Below, one piece after another: positions 24,801 to 40,773 of a stretch of DNA of 64,000 nt. Under the pieces are notes generated by a model, which saw only the letters and a list, made by a program, of their open reading frames with translations, ran no database searches and was not told the origin of the DNA. The stretch comes from Chrysomallon squamiferum (Eukaryota; Animalia; Mollusca). Every line of letters begins with the position of its first letter. The stretch's first letter is position 1. Both the position numbers and the translations under genes were made by a program. The stretch spans positions 48,856,001-48,920,000 of the forward strand of contig CM022665.1 of assembly GCA_012295275.1 (NCBI GenBank). Direction: 5' to 3'.

Positions 24801-25475
24801 TATTTACAACTGAATGAAAAACATTTTAAAAAGTGATATTGAAAATTTTTTGGAACTGAATTCAAAACATTTTAAAAAGGACATTTTGAAAATTATTTGG
24901 AACTGAATTCAAAACATTTTAAAAAGTACATTTTAAAAATATTATAGGATTTAATTACATACATTTTGATAATGATCTGGAATTGAAGAAAATATTTTTA
25001 AAAAGTACAGTTTGAAAATTACTAGTAACTGAATAAAATACATTTTGATAATTATTTGCAATTGAATTAAATTCATTTTAAAAAGGATTTTTTTATTGAA
25101 AATCAATTGTAATTGAATTAAAAACATTTATTTTAAAAAACAGAACTGTTTAACAAGTAAAGCTTATTGAGGATGTTTTCTTGTAAAAAATCTCTTTCAA
25201 TCAGCCTTTCAAAGTCAAAAGTTTTGTATAGCTGAATTATACACTCAGAGATTCATTGTCAAGTGTATGTGGGGGAAGTCAAACTATTATGGAAAGTTAA
25301 TTAATAATTAAAATAATGAGAGTTTTATTCATTCTGTTTTCAGAATGCAAGTATTTTCACTGGGGAAGAAGAACTGTTTGCGTTTGAACGGACAATATCT
25401 CGCCTGACAGAAATGCAGACAGATGAATATTGGAACATGGAGAGAAAGTTGTCAACAAAACAAGATGTTTTATGA
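16965..25475 (+). CDS. AFG1L: AFG1-like mitochondrial AAA+ ATPase (LACE1); exons 16965-17049, 17800-18035, 18842-18908, 19435-19536, 19923-20053, 20795-20894, 21271-21330, ~21993-22220 (scrambled), 23027-23097, 23290-23390, 23846-23986, 24619-24735, 25344-25475
   Basis: Walker [32 protein letters not shown], Walker [50 protein letters not shown] and [21 protein letters not shown] are AFG1/LACE1 signatures. GT-AG junctions and phases fit except around exons 7-8. Exon 1 ([28 protein letters not shown], no acidic residues) is inferred from phase and presequence-like composition. Confidence 0.93.
18957..19046. repeat. (CT)n plus (AGAT)n microsatellite
   Basis: Direct observation. Confidence 0.95.
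20039..20154 (+). repeat. ~59-bp tandem duplication spanning the AFG1L exon-5 donor
   Basis: TTTGACGAATTTCAG|gtattttattt.acagttaattaatttgtg occurs at the true junction (20053) and again ending at 20112. Confidence 0.92.
20330..20808 (+). repeat. Degenerate ~22-25-bp array resembling the AFG1L exon-6 acceptor
   Basis: Recurrent tgttattttaaggttaaagatat compared with the true junction tgttttaag|GTGACAGATATT at 20794/20795. Confidence 0.7.
22060..22850 (+). repeat. ~30-bp tandem array whose unit contains the AFG1L exon-8 donor (TGTATTTTGT|gtaagtg)
   Basis: Unit gacacagctgtattttgtgtaagtgtcact, more than 20 copies, decaying 3'. The exon end CTTCCTGCTGAGGATAAGTTGTATTTTGT|gtaagt (LPAEDKLYF) lies at 22192-22220 and is phase-compatible with exon 9. 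Confidence 0.9.
24530..24628 (+). repeat. ~20-bp array of the AFG1L exon-12 acceptor (tttattacacag|gt), 5 copies
   Basis: CAG ends at 24539, 24559, 24579, 24598 and 24618 (the true site). Confidence 0.92.
24805..25140. repeat. Degenerate ~49-bp intronic minisatellite
   Basis: ggaactgaattcaaaacattttaaaaag.acattttgaaaatta repeated. Confidence 0.8.
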
Positions 25476-26824
25476 TTAGACTCAACTTTAGGAGGCCCGT
25501 AAAATATATTTGTTTATAATTAATTTTGTTAAACTTTTATTAGATTTATTGTTCCATAAGTTACTCAGGGAATTTTTTTTTAATTACATTTTTAGTTAAA
25601 AATAAGTAGAAATTGATGTTTCTTTTACAAATCAAAAAGTAAAAGTGTAATGAGAGGGTGATCTTGTATGTGTGTTTGATTATTAAAAATAATAATAATA
25701 ACAACGAAAACAACAAAATAAACAAAAAAAATCCAGCAGTTTTTTTGGTTGGTTGGTTGGTTGTTTGTTTTTGTTTTCAATTTGTTGGTATTGTCTTGTT
25801 ATGTAAACAAGAAAAACAGTAAAACTATTGATTTTCTCAACTGTCTCATTTTATCTCAACTGAAATGACTTTCCTTACCATATTTACAAATTTGGTTAAA
25901 TAAGGAAAACTTAAAAGTGAGTTATTTTGTTGCATTTTTCTTTTGGTAAATTGACAATTACTAAAACTAAGAACTAGTCAAAAGGTTTTACAGTTTACAA
26001 TATCATAATTATTTGATTAAACTTGCATTTGATTCTCTCACTTGATCTTTAGTGGTATAAATGTGGTAAAACAATTTGAAGCATTTTCAACATTTCTGTC
26101 TCGGAATATTTTAGAAAATTATTCACACTGAAAGATGTGAGAAAAAAACAACAAAAACAATGATTTATTTTTATCAGTCTGATTAAGAGTATGTGAATTT
26201 TACTTAAGAGTTTTAATATGTTTTGTTATGTTTCACAAAGGTGAATATGGAGAGAGATGATAATTTTAGCATAAAAATAATAAAACACTTCTTTCCTCAT
26301 TTTATTTTATCTTATATGCTAGTTAACAGTATAGATTCTCATAGAAATATATACATGGTCACCAACACACACACACACACACATTCATGCATATATCTAT
26401 ACATTTATTTTTATAGAAACCTCTGTATTTATGTGTACCAAGCCATTTGTGATAATAGATTACATTTATCTTTTGCCAATAAAATACTGTTGATTTTATT
26501 TTATGTGGTTTATGTGTTGTTTGTATTCTTATCACTATATATTTTGAAGTGAAAAGCAAAACATCATTTAATTTCTTCAGACGAATATAATGAATTGTAA
26601 ATGTAAATTGTTATTATTTATTTTGTTTTTAAATAATTAATTTATTTATGGGAACTTAATTCGTTTTCATGTTAGGATTACTTCTTGTAATAGTAGACGT
26701 ACATATTTTTAATCAGGGCTTGATAAAAAGGTGCCCAAATAAATAACGAATATATATCTTATAATAATAATCCAAAATAATTAATTCTCTGATGAACAGG
26801 AAATAAATTCTCGTCTAAGCCGAT

Positions 26825-26866
<42 letters not shown>

Positions 26867-26973
26867 TATCAGTGATAATTCGAACCTAAACAGTTACATT
26901 AATTGTTGGTCTTACAATTTCATACTAGTTTCTGAAAGTTTCAAATAACGCGGATTACCTGTAGTGATAGATA

Positions 26974-26994
26974 GTCACGTGATGCATCATGTGA
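26974..26994 (+). promoter_or_regulatory. CLEAR-like E-box (GTCACGTGAT) plus M-box-like TCATGTGA just upstream of the AP4B1-like start
   Basis: The motifs are at 26974-26983 and 26987-26994; the ATG is at 27005. They match MiT/TFE and USF-type consensus sites. Confidence 0.5.
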
Positions 26995-27004
26995 TACGTA
27001 CAAA

Positions 27005-29248
<2,244 letters not shown>

Positions 29249-29795
29249 CAACATAATTTATTTCAAATGTTGTTTTATTTATTCTTTTATTACTTTTCTT
29301 TTTCTTTTCTTTTTTTTAATTTCTGACTTTTGTCAATAAATTTTATAATTTGAAGTCTGTTTTAACCGATGGTGGCAGTTTTTGTTTAATTAGTTAAAGT
29401 CATTCATATTATGTTTCAGTTATTTTAACCAGTTTTAGCAGTTCACAGTAATATTTGACTAGAGTATTGCATGGACAGTCCTATTTTATAATTTTATTTT
29501 GATTTTTTATGGGTTTTTTTTTTTTAGGTTTTTTTCTTTTTTTGTTTGTATGTTTCTTTCTATGTTGTTGGGTTGTTGTTTTTTTTCCCTGGTTTTGTTT
29601 GTTTGTTTGTGTTTGTTGTTGTTTTCTTCTTCTTTTTGTTGTTGTTGTTGTTATTGTTGTTCTGGGGGCTGTTATAAAAGTGAAGGTTTATTTCAGCCAG
29701 TTGTTATTGTTACTGTCTCCACATTTTCTTTATTTCAGTTACCTGAAAATTTACACAACTTCATTTTCATTTTCATATTTATTTATTTATTTATT

Positions 29796-29845
<50 letters not shown>

Positions 29846-30447
29846 ACAGCTGACACTAATTCTGCATTTATTTCAGTCAACACTAATAATTCATATTTTA
29901 TCTGTCATTTACCATCTTCACCTTTAATAAAATATTTTTATTTTTATTTTTATTTACATTTAATATAAATTTAAAAAGCAATGATATACAATTAAAATTA
30001 AATAAAATAAACATTGGAATCTAATCAACACAGAGATGTGAAGAGATCTGAAATTTTATAAACTGTATTTTTTTTTACATGGTAGAAAAATGATTGATTG
30101 AGAAACATATTTAAGGCTGTGAAATGAATTTCTAAGAAACAAATATATTTGTATCTGAAAGTGAAAAACTAGGACTAGGCCTTGGTGATAGAACTAAAAG
30201 GCTGGAAGGACTGCAGGTCAGGGGCTCACACAACTAGTATGAAAAATCAAAATGAAAGTGTTACGAAAAGAAATATGTTTATCTCAATGGCATGCTTTGT
30301 TTCTACTTTGTGTAATTGTTTTTGTTTTTTTAATAATATATTATTAATTTTTTTCTTATTTTTTTTTCTTATTTTTTATTATTCAATTTTTTATTTATTT
30401 ATATATTTTTATTTTTTTTTATATTTTATTATTTTTTTTTTTTTTTT

Positions 30448-30498
<51 letters not shown>

Positions 30499-31034
30499 TT
30501 TTTTTATTATTATTATTTTTTTTTTTTTTTTTTTTTGCCTGCTGTAGGAAACGCTGTCATCTGATGTAATAAACATTTTTTAAAATAATAAAAATTTGGT
30601 TATGCATCACAATTATAGTGTACATGAATGTATTGGTTTATATAATTTTAAGGGACCTCCAAAATGTACCCAGTGGCCCTGAACTCCAACACCAGGCCCA
30701 GGATGTAACCTGTGTCATATACATTTCATTATCCATTTTGTATTTATTTTGTTTTAAATATTAATTTTAATTTTTTTTTTTTCATATACTTTAACAACTT
30801 CAGTATCTGTTCTTTGGATTATATCATTCTAGTTGTAAGCCCTTCAAAGTTGTATGTATCTTTAAAATATTCGACCTTCACGTTCGTTAATAACCGCAAG
30901 GCAATCGGGAGTCTTCGGATGTTGATTTTCATAGCAGAATCCAATTTACCGAACGCTTTCGAGTATTGCCGAGCTTGTCAAGTCTTGGTAGCGGTATCGT
31001 AGTAAACGAATGAATGAATGAGCACGCGTCGCCT

Positions 31035-31098
31035 TCAGTTGCCTAATACGGTCTCCGATTACGATCCGGCTAGCTTTATTTTGTTGACACAGGTAAGT
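31035..31098 (+). promoter_or_regulatory. Putative distal promoter and non-coding first exon (probably of the glutamate synthase gene)
   Basis: CpG-rich patch at ~30870-31070, Inr-like TCAGTT at 31035, and a consensus donor ACAG|gtaagt at 31092/31093. No coding exon follows until 41508. Confidence 0.45.
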
Positions 31099-31690
31099 TG
31101 CCTGTTATCCAAAATCATTGTCTAATTCTGTACTAGCGTATTTCTCTTTCATATCTAATTGAATGAATGATCGAAGATTGGTGAAATGTTTACATGAATA
31201 TTTCTTATTTGTAGAATCGAAGGATCCTTCATTAAAAATGATATTTATAATTTGTTAATTATAAATTCCGTGCGCTTTTATTGTTTTATTTAATGTCGTT
31301 TTAATTTTATTGTTAGTTTATTTATTTATTTTCTTTTTTTAAATATTGTGTCTTCTGTTTTAACGATACCAAAGCAAAACATGTAAAGCCGGCAATCAAG
31401 GTTGTACCTTGTCATTCAGTGCGCATGCATCGTGCACGTGAGCATGTCTAGCTACAAACCGGAACAAAATGAAAAAACACGGCGTTAGTTGAAAATTAAA
31501 TTACTGACAGAAACGCAGACGACCGATCCCAGTTATGTAGGCTGGAAAATGTTATTGTGAAATCGATAAAATGAACAGAGTTGTTTGTTTCAACATGGCT
31601 TTATATAACATTAACAGTGACTAAAACGATGGTTTGATATTATTTATAAAATTAATATTTGAAATAGCGATTAAAAATTATAGACGTTAG

Positions 31691-31692
<2 letters not shown>

Positions 31693-31755
<63 letters not shown>
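31693..31755. repeat. (CT)n microsatellite
   Basis: Direct observation. Confidence 0.97.
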
Positions 31756-31757
<2 letters not shown>

Positions 31758-32895
31758 GTGTTTGTAAAAAAAATTGACCTTTTTTACCTTTAAAAATGTT
31801 TCTTAGTTTTTGTTTTAATAATACTGAACAAGTTACTAAAATCAACAACAACAACAACAGATTAACATTAAAACTAGTAAATTTTACCTTTAAGAATGTG
31901 TCTTATTAGTTTCAACTTTAATAATACCGAACAAGTTATTAAATAACAACAACAGATTAAAGACTATTAAAAATAGAACATAATACCCTTATCAACCCAA
32001 GCCAGTGTTATCAGATTTGAAAATGAGGCTCTGTGGTATTTATGATGTAATCTAGTGCTTTTCACCTGTGCATTATGTAACAACAAATGGGAACATAGCC
32101 TAGCGTTCACACTGACCTTTTGTACCTGTGACACCTGTGCTTTTCTTATTGCTTCATGCAGTCACTCAGCCATATCGACATCTAACCTCTTGGTCACAAT
32201 ATACCAAAGCAGGTAGTAGTAGCATTTACTTAAATTAAACTGAACACAAAACTTACTTAAAATTAATGAATTTAATTGTGTTTTTTTTATTTTTTTTCAT
32301 TTTAGAGCATGATGTATTTGAAGGTTACACATAAATATGTTTCATACACACATATCAATCTATGCATGCACACACATACTCAAACACACACACACATATA
32401 CTTAAACACACACACATATTAAAATCCAAAAGCTTGTAGTAACATTTTGAATGTCCTCTATAACCAAAGATAACAGATACTCTAATTAACTTTTTGTTTG
32501 TTTATGTTCATAATTCATCTATTAGAGTTTTTTTTTGATTTAATAAAAAATTTTAAATTATTTATTTTTTAAAGGAGACCAGCATAAAAAAAAAAAAAAA
32601 AAACACAAACTGATAACATTTTACTCTTTCTGTTTAAAGACGAAATGATAATTAAACGACAGTGTGATGAAGCGTGACATTAATTTATTCCCAAGTAAAG
32701 AATCGAGATTAAGGCACACATGAGACGCTAGTCTAGTCCTGGCAAAAGATAACCTCATGTAACTGCTAGTTCTAACAATACACTGAGTGCACAGGTACTA
32801 GACAGGTCACTGTGATACTGATGACAGGTTGCCAGGTCACTAGTTTACTACACTCGGTAAGCTAGATAAGTGCATGCCTATTTATACTGATAAGA

Positions 32896-33370
32896 GGAAA
32901 GATAAAGTAACTATAGTCAAGTCTATATGTATGTGTGTGTGTTTTTAAAAGGAAAGATAAAGTAACTACAGTCAAGTCTATATGTGTGTGTGTGTGTCTT
33001 TAAAAGGAAAGAAAGAAACTACAGTCAAGTCTATATGTGTGTGTGTGTGTCTTTAAAAGGAAAGATAAAGAAACTACAATCAAGTCTATATGTGTGTGTC
33101 TTTAAAAGGAAAGATAAAGTAACTACAGTCAAGTCTATATGTGTGTGTGTGTCTTTAAAAGGCAAGATAAAGTAACTACAATCAAGTCTGTGTGTGTGTG
33201 TGTCTTTAAAAGGAAAGATAAAGTAACTACAATCAAGTCTGTGTGTGTGTCTTTAAAAGGAAAGATAAAGTAACTACAATCAAGTCTATATGTGTGTGTG
33301 TGTCTTTAAAAGGAAAGATAAAGTAAATGCAGTCAAGTCTGTGTGTGTGTGTGTCTTTAAAAGGCAAGAT
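32896..33370. repeat. ~50-bp minisatellite with an embedded variable (GT)n, ~9 copies
   Basis: taaaaggaaagataaagtaactacagtcaagtctatat(gt)nctt repeated. Confidence 0.95.
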
Positions 33371-33899
33371 ATACAGAAAATAGAAACAAGTCTATATATG
33401 TATTATGTGTGGGTGGGTGTAAATATATATGTGTGTTGATGTGATTCAGTTGTATATATCTGTATAAATAGTTGTATTTGATCATATATATGTGTAAAAC
33501 TAATATCGTACAATCATGTCTAATAGTATGTAAATAGTTAAATATGATTAAGAATAACTGTATAAATTTAATAACATTTCCTATGATCAATTATGTGTGT
33601 CAGATAACAGCATTTAGTCATCATATATGTTAATGTAAATAATTATATATATAATGAAGTGTGCATAGGCCTGTGTATAAATATAATAATATCATTTGAT
33701 AATTAAGTATTTATATATGAAATAAATAAAATACTAAAAACATAAAACAAATACTTACAAATAAGACGTCCAACATCTATAAACACAATGATGATGTTGA
33801 ACGTGCTGTTTGTTAGTAATGTTGAATAGAAATCTATTGACAGTGTCACTAGCAGATATATACTTGACTGCATATAACTATTAGTATAAATGTGCACAC

Positions 33900-33902
33900 A
33901 TA

Positions 33903-33951
<49 letters not shown>

Positions 33952-33988
33952 ATGTATATCACTACTATATCTATACTTGATTACCACT

Positions 33989-34032
<44 letters not shown>

Positions 34033-34067
34033 AGATGTATATCACTACTATATACTTGATTACCACT

Positions 34068-34150
<83 letters not shown>
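33900..34150. repeat. (CA)n tracts separated by a duplicated ~42-bp spacer
   Basis: agagatgtatatcactactatat...acttgattaccactaataa(ca)n occurs twice. Confidence 0.92.
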
Positions 34151-34151
<1 letters not shown>

Positions 34152-34729
34152 GAGTACACAAGTGATGCTATTATTATTATTTTTCAAGCACTCTGTATTT
34201 GTAAGAGACAACTGGTATGTGCACACAATGGAGATACTTGTAATGTAAAATGTTTCCTTCCAAATGTAACAAGCTCATCTCGTTCACTGGCGTAAAGCAC
34301 AGAGTCGCTGTTTAATGGTTTTTTAAACAGCAAAATCCATTTGAGAAAACACAACTAATAATACATGTAATCTGTAGTCTGGAGAGCTCACTGTAATATG
34401 ACGGTTAAGAGTAATGTTAAGTTTGTGGATGCTTTGTTAATTTGGGGTTTACAAATAACAAAAGCTAAATATATCTCCTGTTAATTGCATTCGCTGGTAG
34501 GAGATGATATTTTACAAAAAAAGAAAAAAAAAAAGATGATGATGATGATGATGTGGATGGTAACTGAGTCTCTTCTGCTGTGAAGTTTGTGATGGATTCT
34601 GGAGTCTGGGAGAAGAGAGTGAGAACAAGTGTGAGAAAAACATTTAACAGTACAACGTGAAATACTAGCTCACTGACAAATTTAACTCTTTAGGCATAGC
34701 TTGTGTACACACACACACATTGATAGGTA

Positions 34730-35307
<578 letters not shown>

Positions 35308-38179
35308 GTATATATGTATATGTATATATCAGTGTGTTATTTCCCCACTTTTAAACATTTCAAATATGATAAGTGTCAGAATATCTGTTTTAAAGAGAAC
35401 TTGTACTACACAACTACACAGGAACAAAAAAAGCTTTTATCAGTTCAGTTTCTTACTTACAAACTAGTTTCCTTAGCTATTGCAGTTTACATTCACACAC
35501 ACATGCAAACATACACACACACACACACACTTGTGCATAGCACATAAGTGATTTAGGTATGTAGATAGATAGATTATTATTAATTTTGTTCTCCTTCTAT
35601 AAAGAGTTTGAGTATGGCACAGTGCATCAGTTTTAGAGAAATCTCATACTGTACTCTAACAGCATGTGACATTAGTTCCAGGATTAGTCCTATTCAGTGT
35701 CACATGACTGCCTTGTCAAAGACTCTGGTCTGTGATTTCCTGTTTATGGGTATGTTCATTAATGTAAAAATCTAATTGCTGATTGATACTAACAGCCAAT
35801 TCAGTGCAGACTTCCTACAGGAAGAAGAAAAGCAATGTGTCTGATGTCTAATATTGATGTGTCTGATGTCTAATATTGACGAGTCTTTTTCATGTCTGCT
35901 CAGTAACTGCTGGTGTAGCAAAGATTAATTCTTTGAAACTGACAAAGATAATATTTTATTCAGTTTCTCAACACATCTTGTTAGTCTGGTGCAATCAGTC
36001 AACATTTTCAATAATCCATGAGTGCCATGGACCCTATTTCCAAAGTATAATTGAAGCTGACACTAACCACACAGAAATTATAAATATTTCTAGATAACTC
36101 TGATTTAACTGAAGACACGCAGACACAGTGACTGATTTGTCAATGTTTTTGAACAACCAGTGCTTACGTAGACTCCAAATTCATTTTTTTTTAAATTATA
36201 AATGACCTTAATTTACGTGCTTACACTAAATACACACAAGACATGCAAGGATTTCGTGATAATATTTTTTATTTTTTTTTAAATGAGACGTACTAACAAT
36301 GTAATTAATTAATCTGTGAGTGTTTTGAATGAAGTATCACATTCACAGATCACATTCAGCTTCAGAACTGTCACTTACACAACTCGTGTGCTTGCTAGAC
36401 TAACCACACAGACATGCTGGGATTTCTTGATAATAAAAAAATCTGAAACGAGACATGCTGACATTGCATAACTGTGCAAGTGAAGGTGGTTTAATTCACA
36501 GTGGTGAATGGCTGGTGCAGTCTGATGTTACGCATGAATAAATCTTGTCTAGGTTATCAGATTTTATTTACCGTGAAACTAGGTTAGAGTTACAAGCATG
36601 CTTTGTGCGCTGTTTTCTATTTTTATACTCACAAACACTCACAGAGTACTTAAAAAGAACAACAGCAAAAAAAAATAATAATAATAAATTTAAAACAATG
36701 AATAGGATATTAAGAAATTATGTAAAAAAGCGATAAATGCTGAATGTATTTTTATCTACATTGTTTCATCCATTCTTGTTCAGAAAAAAAAAAAAAAAAA
36801 CTTTCTTGAAAAAAAAAATCAAAAAAGATTCTTTTGAAATCTAAACTTTTATAAAAAAAATACCAGGACAACTCTTGTTTCATTGCCTGCCATTGCTGGC
36901 CTTTACTATAGAACACACACAGATGGTTTTGATTACACCGAAATTGATAAAACAGTCGTAATTTAGGTTCAAAGTACCAAACAGCTTATTATTATTATTA
37001 TTAAATATATTTTTTTTTTGCAAACAGGATCATTTCATAATTAAAATGACAATACTTTCAATAAAATCAATTAAATAAAACAAAAAGATCAAAATGATCA
37101 TCGACCATCAGAGTGCAAACTGATGAAAAACATTTACACGTGAGTTCGGAGGTCCTGTTTCATTAATTCTTGGACACAGTTAAGTAGGTGTTTTTGTACA
37201 TCACCTCTATTACAGAATCGAGACACTTTAATAATATCTGTCCCTGACCCTCTTCTAGAGAGAAAACAAAATCCACACAAACCCAGTAACCTCACAACCT
37301 CACCACAACCTTGAGCCTCACATTAGAAACAGAGAGATGATTGTCATATTACAGTGAATATATTCAGATATGATACTGCACGGTTCAGTGAAGATGATGT
37401 GTTTATCCATTTAGTTTTTTTGACACTGACATTTAATATTTGACTTTCAGTGAATATCACTATTTTATTTATACTCTAATATAATTGTTCACACACACAA
37501 ACACACACACACACAGATATACAGATACACACATATGCATATCTACATACATACATAGATATACACATAAATACACATGCATATATACATATATACATAT
37601 CCATACATACATACATACATATATACATTTATTACATATATATTTTATCTTTATTTTTCCCCAAAAAAAAGACAGTGAATAAGAATTTTTGACATAACAA
37701 AAATAAATATTTAAAAAAATAACAGTCTTTTAAAAAAAGAAACAGAAAAAAATATTAATTTTATCAAAACTTCCTTCCTGATAATTGTAAGAAAACAGAC
37801 ACAGCACATTTGCTTTTTAAATTTTTTTATAACCTAATTAATCAGAAACTGTATTTTGGTCTCTGGTAATAATTAAAATGTATAGATGTCTCGGTCATAA
37901 AAATTTCCATTTAAACTGTTTAGGAGGAGAAAACAAATTACTAAATATTCTGCTCATTTGCAAGAAATCAATAGATCCTCATGTAAATGTGTTTACTTGG
38001 AGGACATTTAACAGTTTTTTCTAAGAAACCAATAATTAATGGAGCACATGTGTACATGTCTGGTTAGAACATTTTATAATTAACTGTAACATGTTTATGA
38101 TAATTTGACAATGTTTTTTTTTTTTTTTTTTTTTTTTGTAATTCTGTTGTTTCATACACACTGACAGACAAACAGGACT

Positions 38180-38430
38180 GCACATACCATATTTTAAACA
38201 CAGGAAATCACATATCATGTTTTAAACACAGGATATACCATACCTCATACCACGTTTCAATCACAGGATATCACATACCACATTTTAAACACAGGATATC
38301 ACATACCACATTTCAAATGCAGGATATCACATACCACATTTTAAACAGGATATCACATACCATGTTTTAAACACAGGATACAAAATTTTAAACACAGGGT
38401 ATCATATATCACTTTTTAATCACAGAATCA
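38180..38430. repeat. ~28-31-bp minisatellite
   Basis: cataccacattttaaacacaggatatca repeated ~7 times. Confidence 0.85.
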
Positions 38431-38467
38431 CCCAGTATCACACACTTTTAAAAACACAGTCTGATAA

Positions 38468-38541
38468 ATAGCAGCAAGGAGGTATTGATCCCACTGCCTC
38501 TCACACATGAAACAAGCACTCTAACCACTGTGTTCAGTCTG
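38468..38541 (-). pseudogene. Degenerate tRNA(Ala)-like sequence (tRNA pseudogene or SINE head)
   Basis: The reverse strand acagtggttagagtgcttgtttcatgtgtgagaggcagtgggatcaatacc resembles invertebrate tRNA-Ala (D-loop TGGTAGAG, GAGAGG, T-loop GGATCGATACC) with CpG-decay changes. The acceptor stem is not intact. Confidence 0.55.
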
Positions 38542-38718
38542 TCTGTGGTGAGTATAACTCGGGGAATGGCCTTGTAGTGGCATTAAGTCAACCGTGACCA
38601 TAAAATTATATTCTGTGTTACATGATAGTGTCAGTGAACTTTTCAAAATAACAGACACAACTCATTACACCCCAGTCTAGACCAGTGGTAAGCTACATTC
38701 TTAAAACACTATTTACTT

Positions 38719-38723
<5 letters not shown>

Positions 38724-38757
<34 letters not shown>

Positions 38758-38759
38758 GT

Positions 38760-38799
<40 letters not shown>

Positions 38800-38806
38800 C
38801 TGTGTG

Positions 38807-38854
<48 letters not shown>

Positions 38855-38940
38855 TGTATGTATGCATGCATATGTATTTGTATATGTATATATGTGTTTG
38901 TATATACATATATATGTATGTGTCTGTGTGTGTATATGTA

Positions 38941-38979
<39 letters not shown>

Positions 38980-38996
38980 CTATATATATATATATA
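38724..38996. repeat. Compound (AT)/(GT)/(ATGT) microsatellite
   Basis: Direct observation. Confidence 0.93.
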
Positions 38997-39721
38997 ATTA
39001 GAAACATAATTATCTGGATAGCACTGATTACTTGTTAGACTTTATCTCACCTTTATGCTAATTGGTCTTTGTTAACATTTCTGTTTTCAGGTAACAGGTG
39101 TTTGCATATTGTAACCGTTACAGTAAAACCGAGCTGTACATTTGTAACCTTAGACAGAATGTTTCGCTGTTGGACGTCTGAGTGACCATGACGTAATGTT
39201 CAGACAGATTTGCATAATCGTAAATTACCACGAGTGAAGTAATTAATATCTTGCGAAAATACAGAAAAATGCACGTCGAGTTTTAACAGCAACGAGTGTT
39301 TTAACAACTGTTTTAAAAATCACCTCATTAAAGAAGGTATATGACAGAACAGACAAAGCAGCCTGTAACTGGGTGTGTCTTGAAGAATGTTAGTTAGGAG
39401 TCAGGGATGTTTTAGTTCAAACATAAATCTTTATTTGAATTGTAAATTTCTCATAAAGTGATGTTATAAAATGAGTGTTTGTAAATTTATGTACGGATGA
39501 AGATATTATTTATGTAAATGTATACAGATATTACAGTTTATAGAGTTAAGGCTTCATAAATATGTTATTGATGTGGTTTTTTGTATCATTATTATAGACT
39601 TTTATTGCTGAAAAAAAAAAAATATATATATATAAAATATAAAAAAATAAAAATAAAAATAAAAATAAAAATAAAAATAAAAATAAAAATAAATAAATAT
39701 AATATAAAATAATAATAATAA

Positions 39722-39772
<51 letters not shown>

Positions 39773-40295
39773 ATTAAAATTAAATTAAAAAAATATCACT
39801 GATAGTTCAGTTTGAAAAAACGAAGTGATAACTCCATTCTGAATTTCATTTGTCTGCTTCAGATGATAACTTTATCACAAACTGTTGCGTACTTTGCTTT
39901 TCTTGGAACATTTAAAATGTCCATTGCAGCAGATTTCTTCTCATTATCTGAGTGAGCTTTATCTTTTACATGTGGTGCAACGATTGATTACAAAATGCAG
40001 TGAGAGATTCGTTAAACTACAGTTTTAAACTTTGTAATTCGTTTAGTACCTGTACTAATGAAAGATATCTAATCCTGGAAGTATTTTGAATATCTATCTT
40101 ACTTGTATATTTTCATGTTTTTTTCTGTTTTATTTTATCTTATTATTCTTTAAATTATTTTTTTATTTTTTTTTGGTGTCTTTTTGTGTAATGTGTTCAT
40201 ATGCATATACATACCTGTATGTGTGTCTGTGTGTCTGTGTGTGTATGTGTGAGTATTGTTTTCAAAGTGTAAAGGTTGTTAAGTAGGTCAAACCA

Positions 40296-40495
40296 ACTGA
40301 CCAATCCCAGATTTTGTACAGTGTAGTTCTAGCTGACCAATCCCTGGTTTTAGACAATGTAGAGGCTGGCAACCAATCCCGGTTTGTGAAATAAAATATT
40401 GTTAAAAACAACCTTTACATCATACACAGTGTGTGTGTTCAGACATTGTGTGTGTGTGTCTTCCTGGTGACAGAACCAGGATCTCAACTGTGAGT
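40296..40495 (+). promoter_or_regulatory. Putative proximal promoter: three CCAAT boxes at exact 36-bp spacing, then a short non-coding exon ending at a gtgagt donor
   Basis: ACCAATCCC with CCAAT at 40301, 40337 and 40373; AT-rich aaataaaa at ~40388; donor ACT|gtgagt at 40489/40490. Confidence 0.5.
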
Positions 40496-40734
40496 GGAAG
40501 TTTACTTCTTTTTTTTCTTTTTTTCTTTTTCTTCCGTTTTCATTATTATAATAAAGCTTTTTTTAAATTATTATTCTTTTTTGTTTATTATTATTATTAT
40601 TTTTAGCTACTAGTATTATTGTTATTGTTATTGTTATTGTTGTTATTTTTGCCATCTACATATTATTGAGTGTTTGTGGTTTATGTTTTTCTTCTGAAGA
40701 TATTAGAAATACATAGAGTTTATTTTATTTTTAA

Positions 40735-40773
<39 letters not shown>

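Noticed and set aside
38468-38541. Functional tRNA gene
   Set aside because: The acceptor and anticodon stems do not pair; kept only as a tRNA-derived relic.
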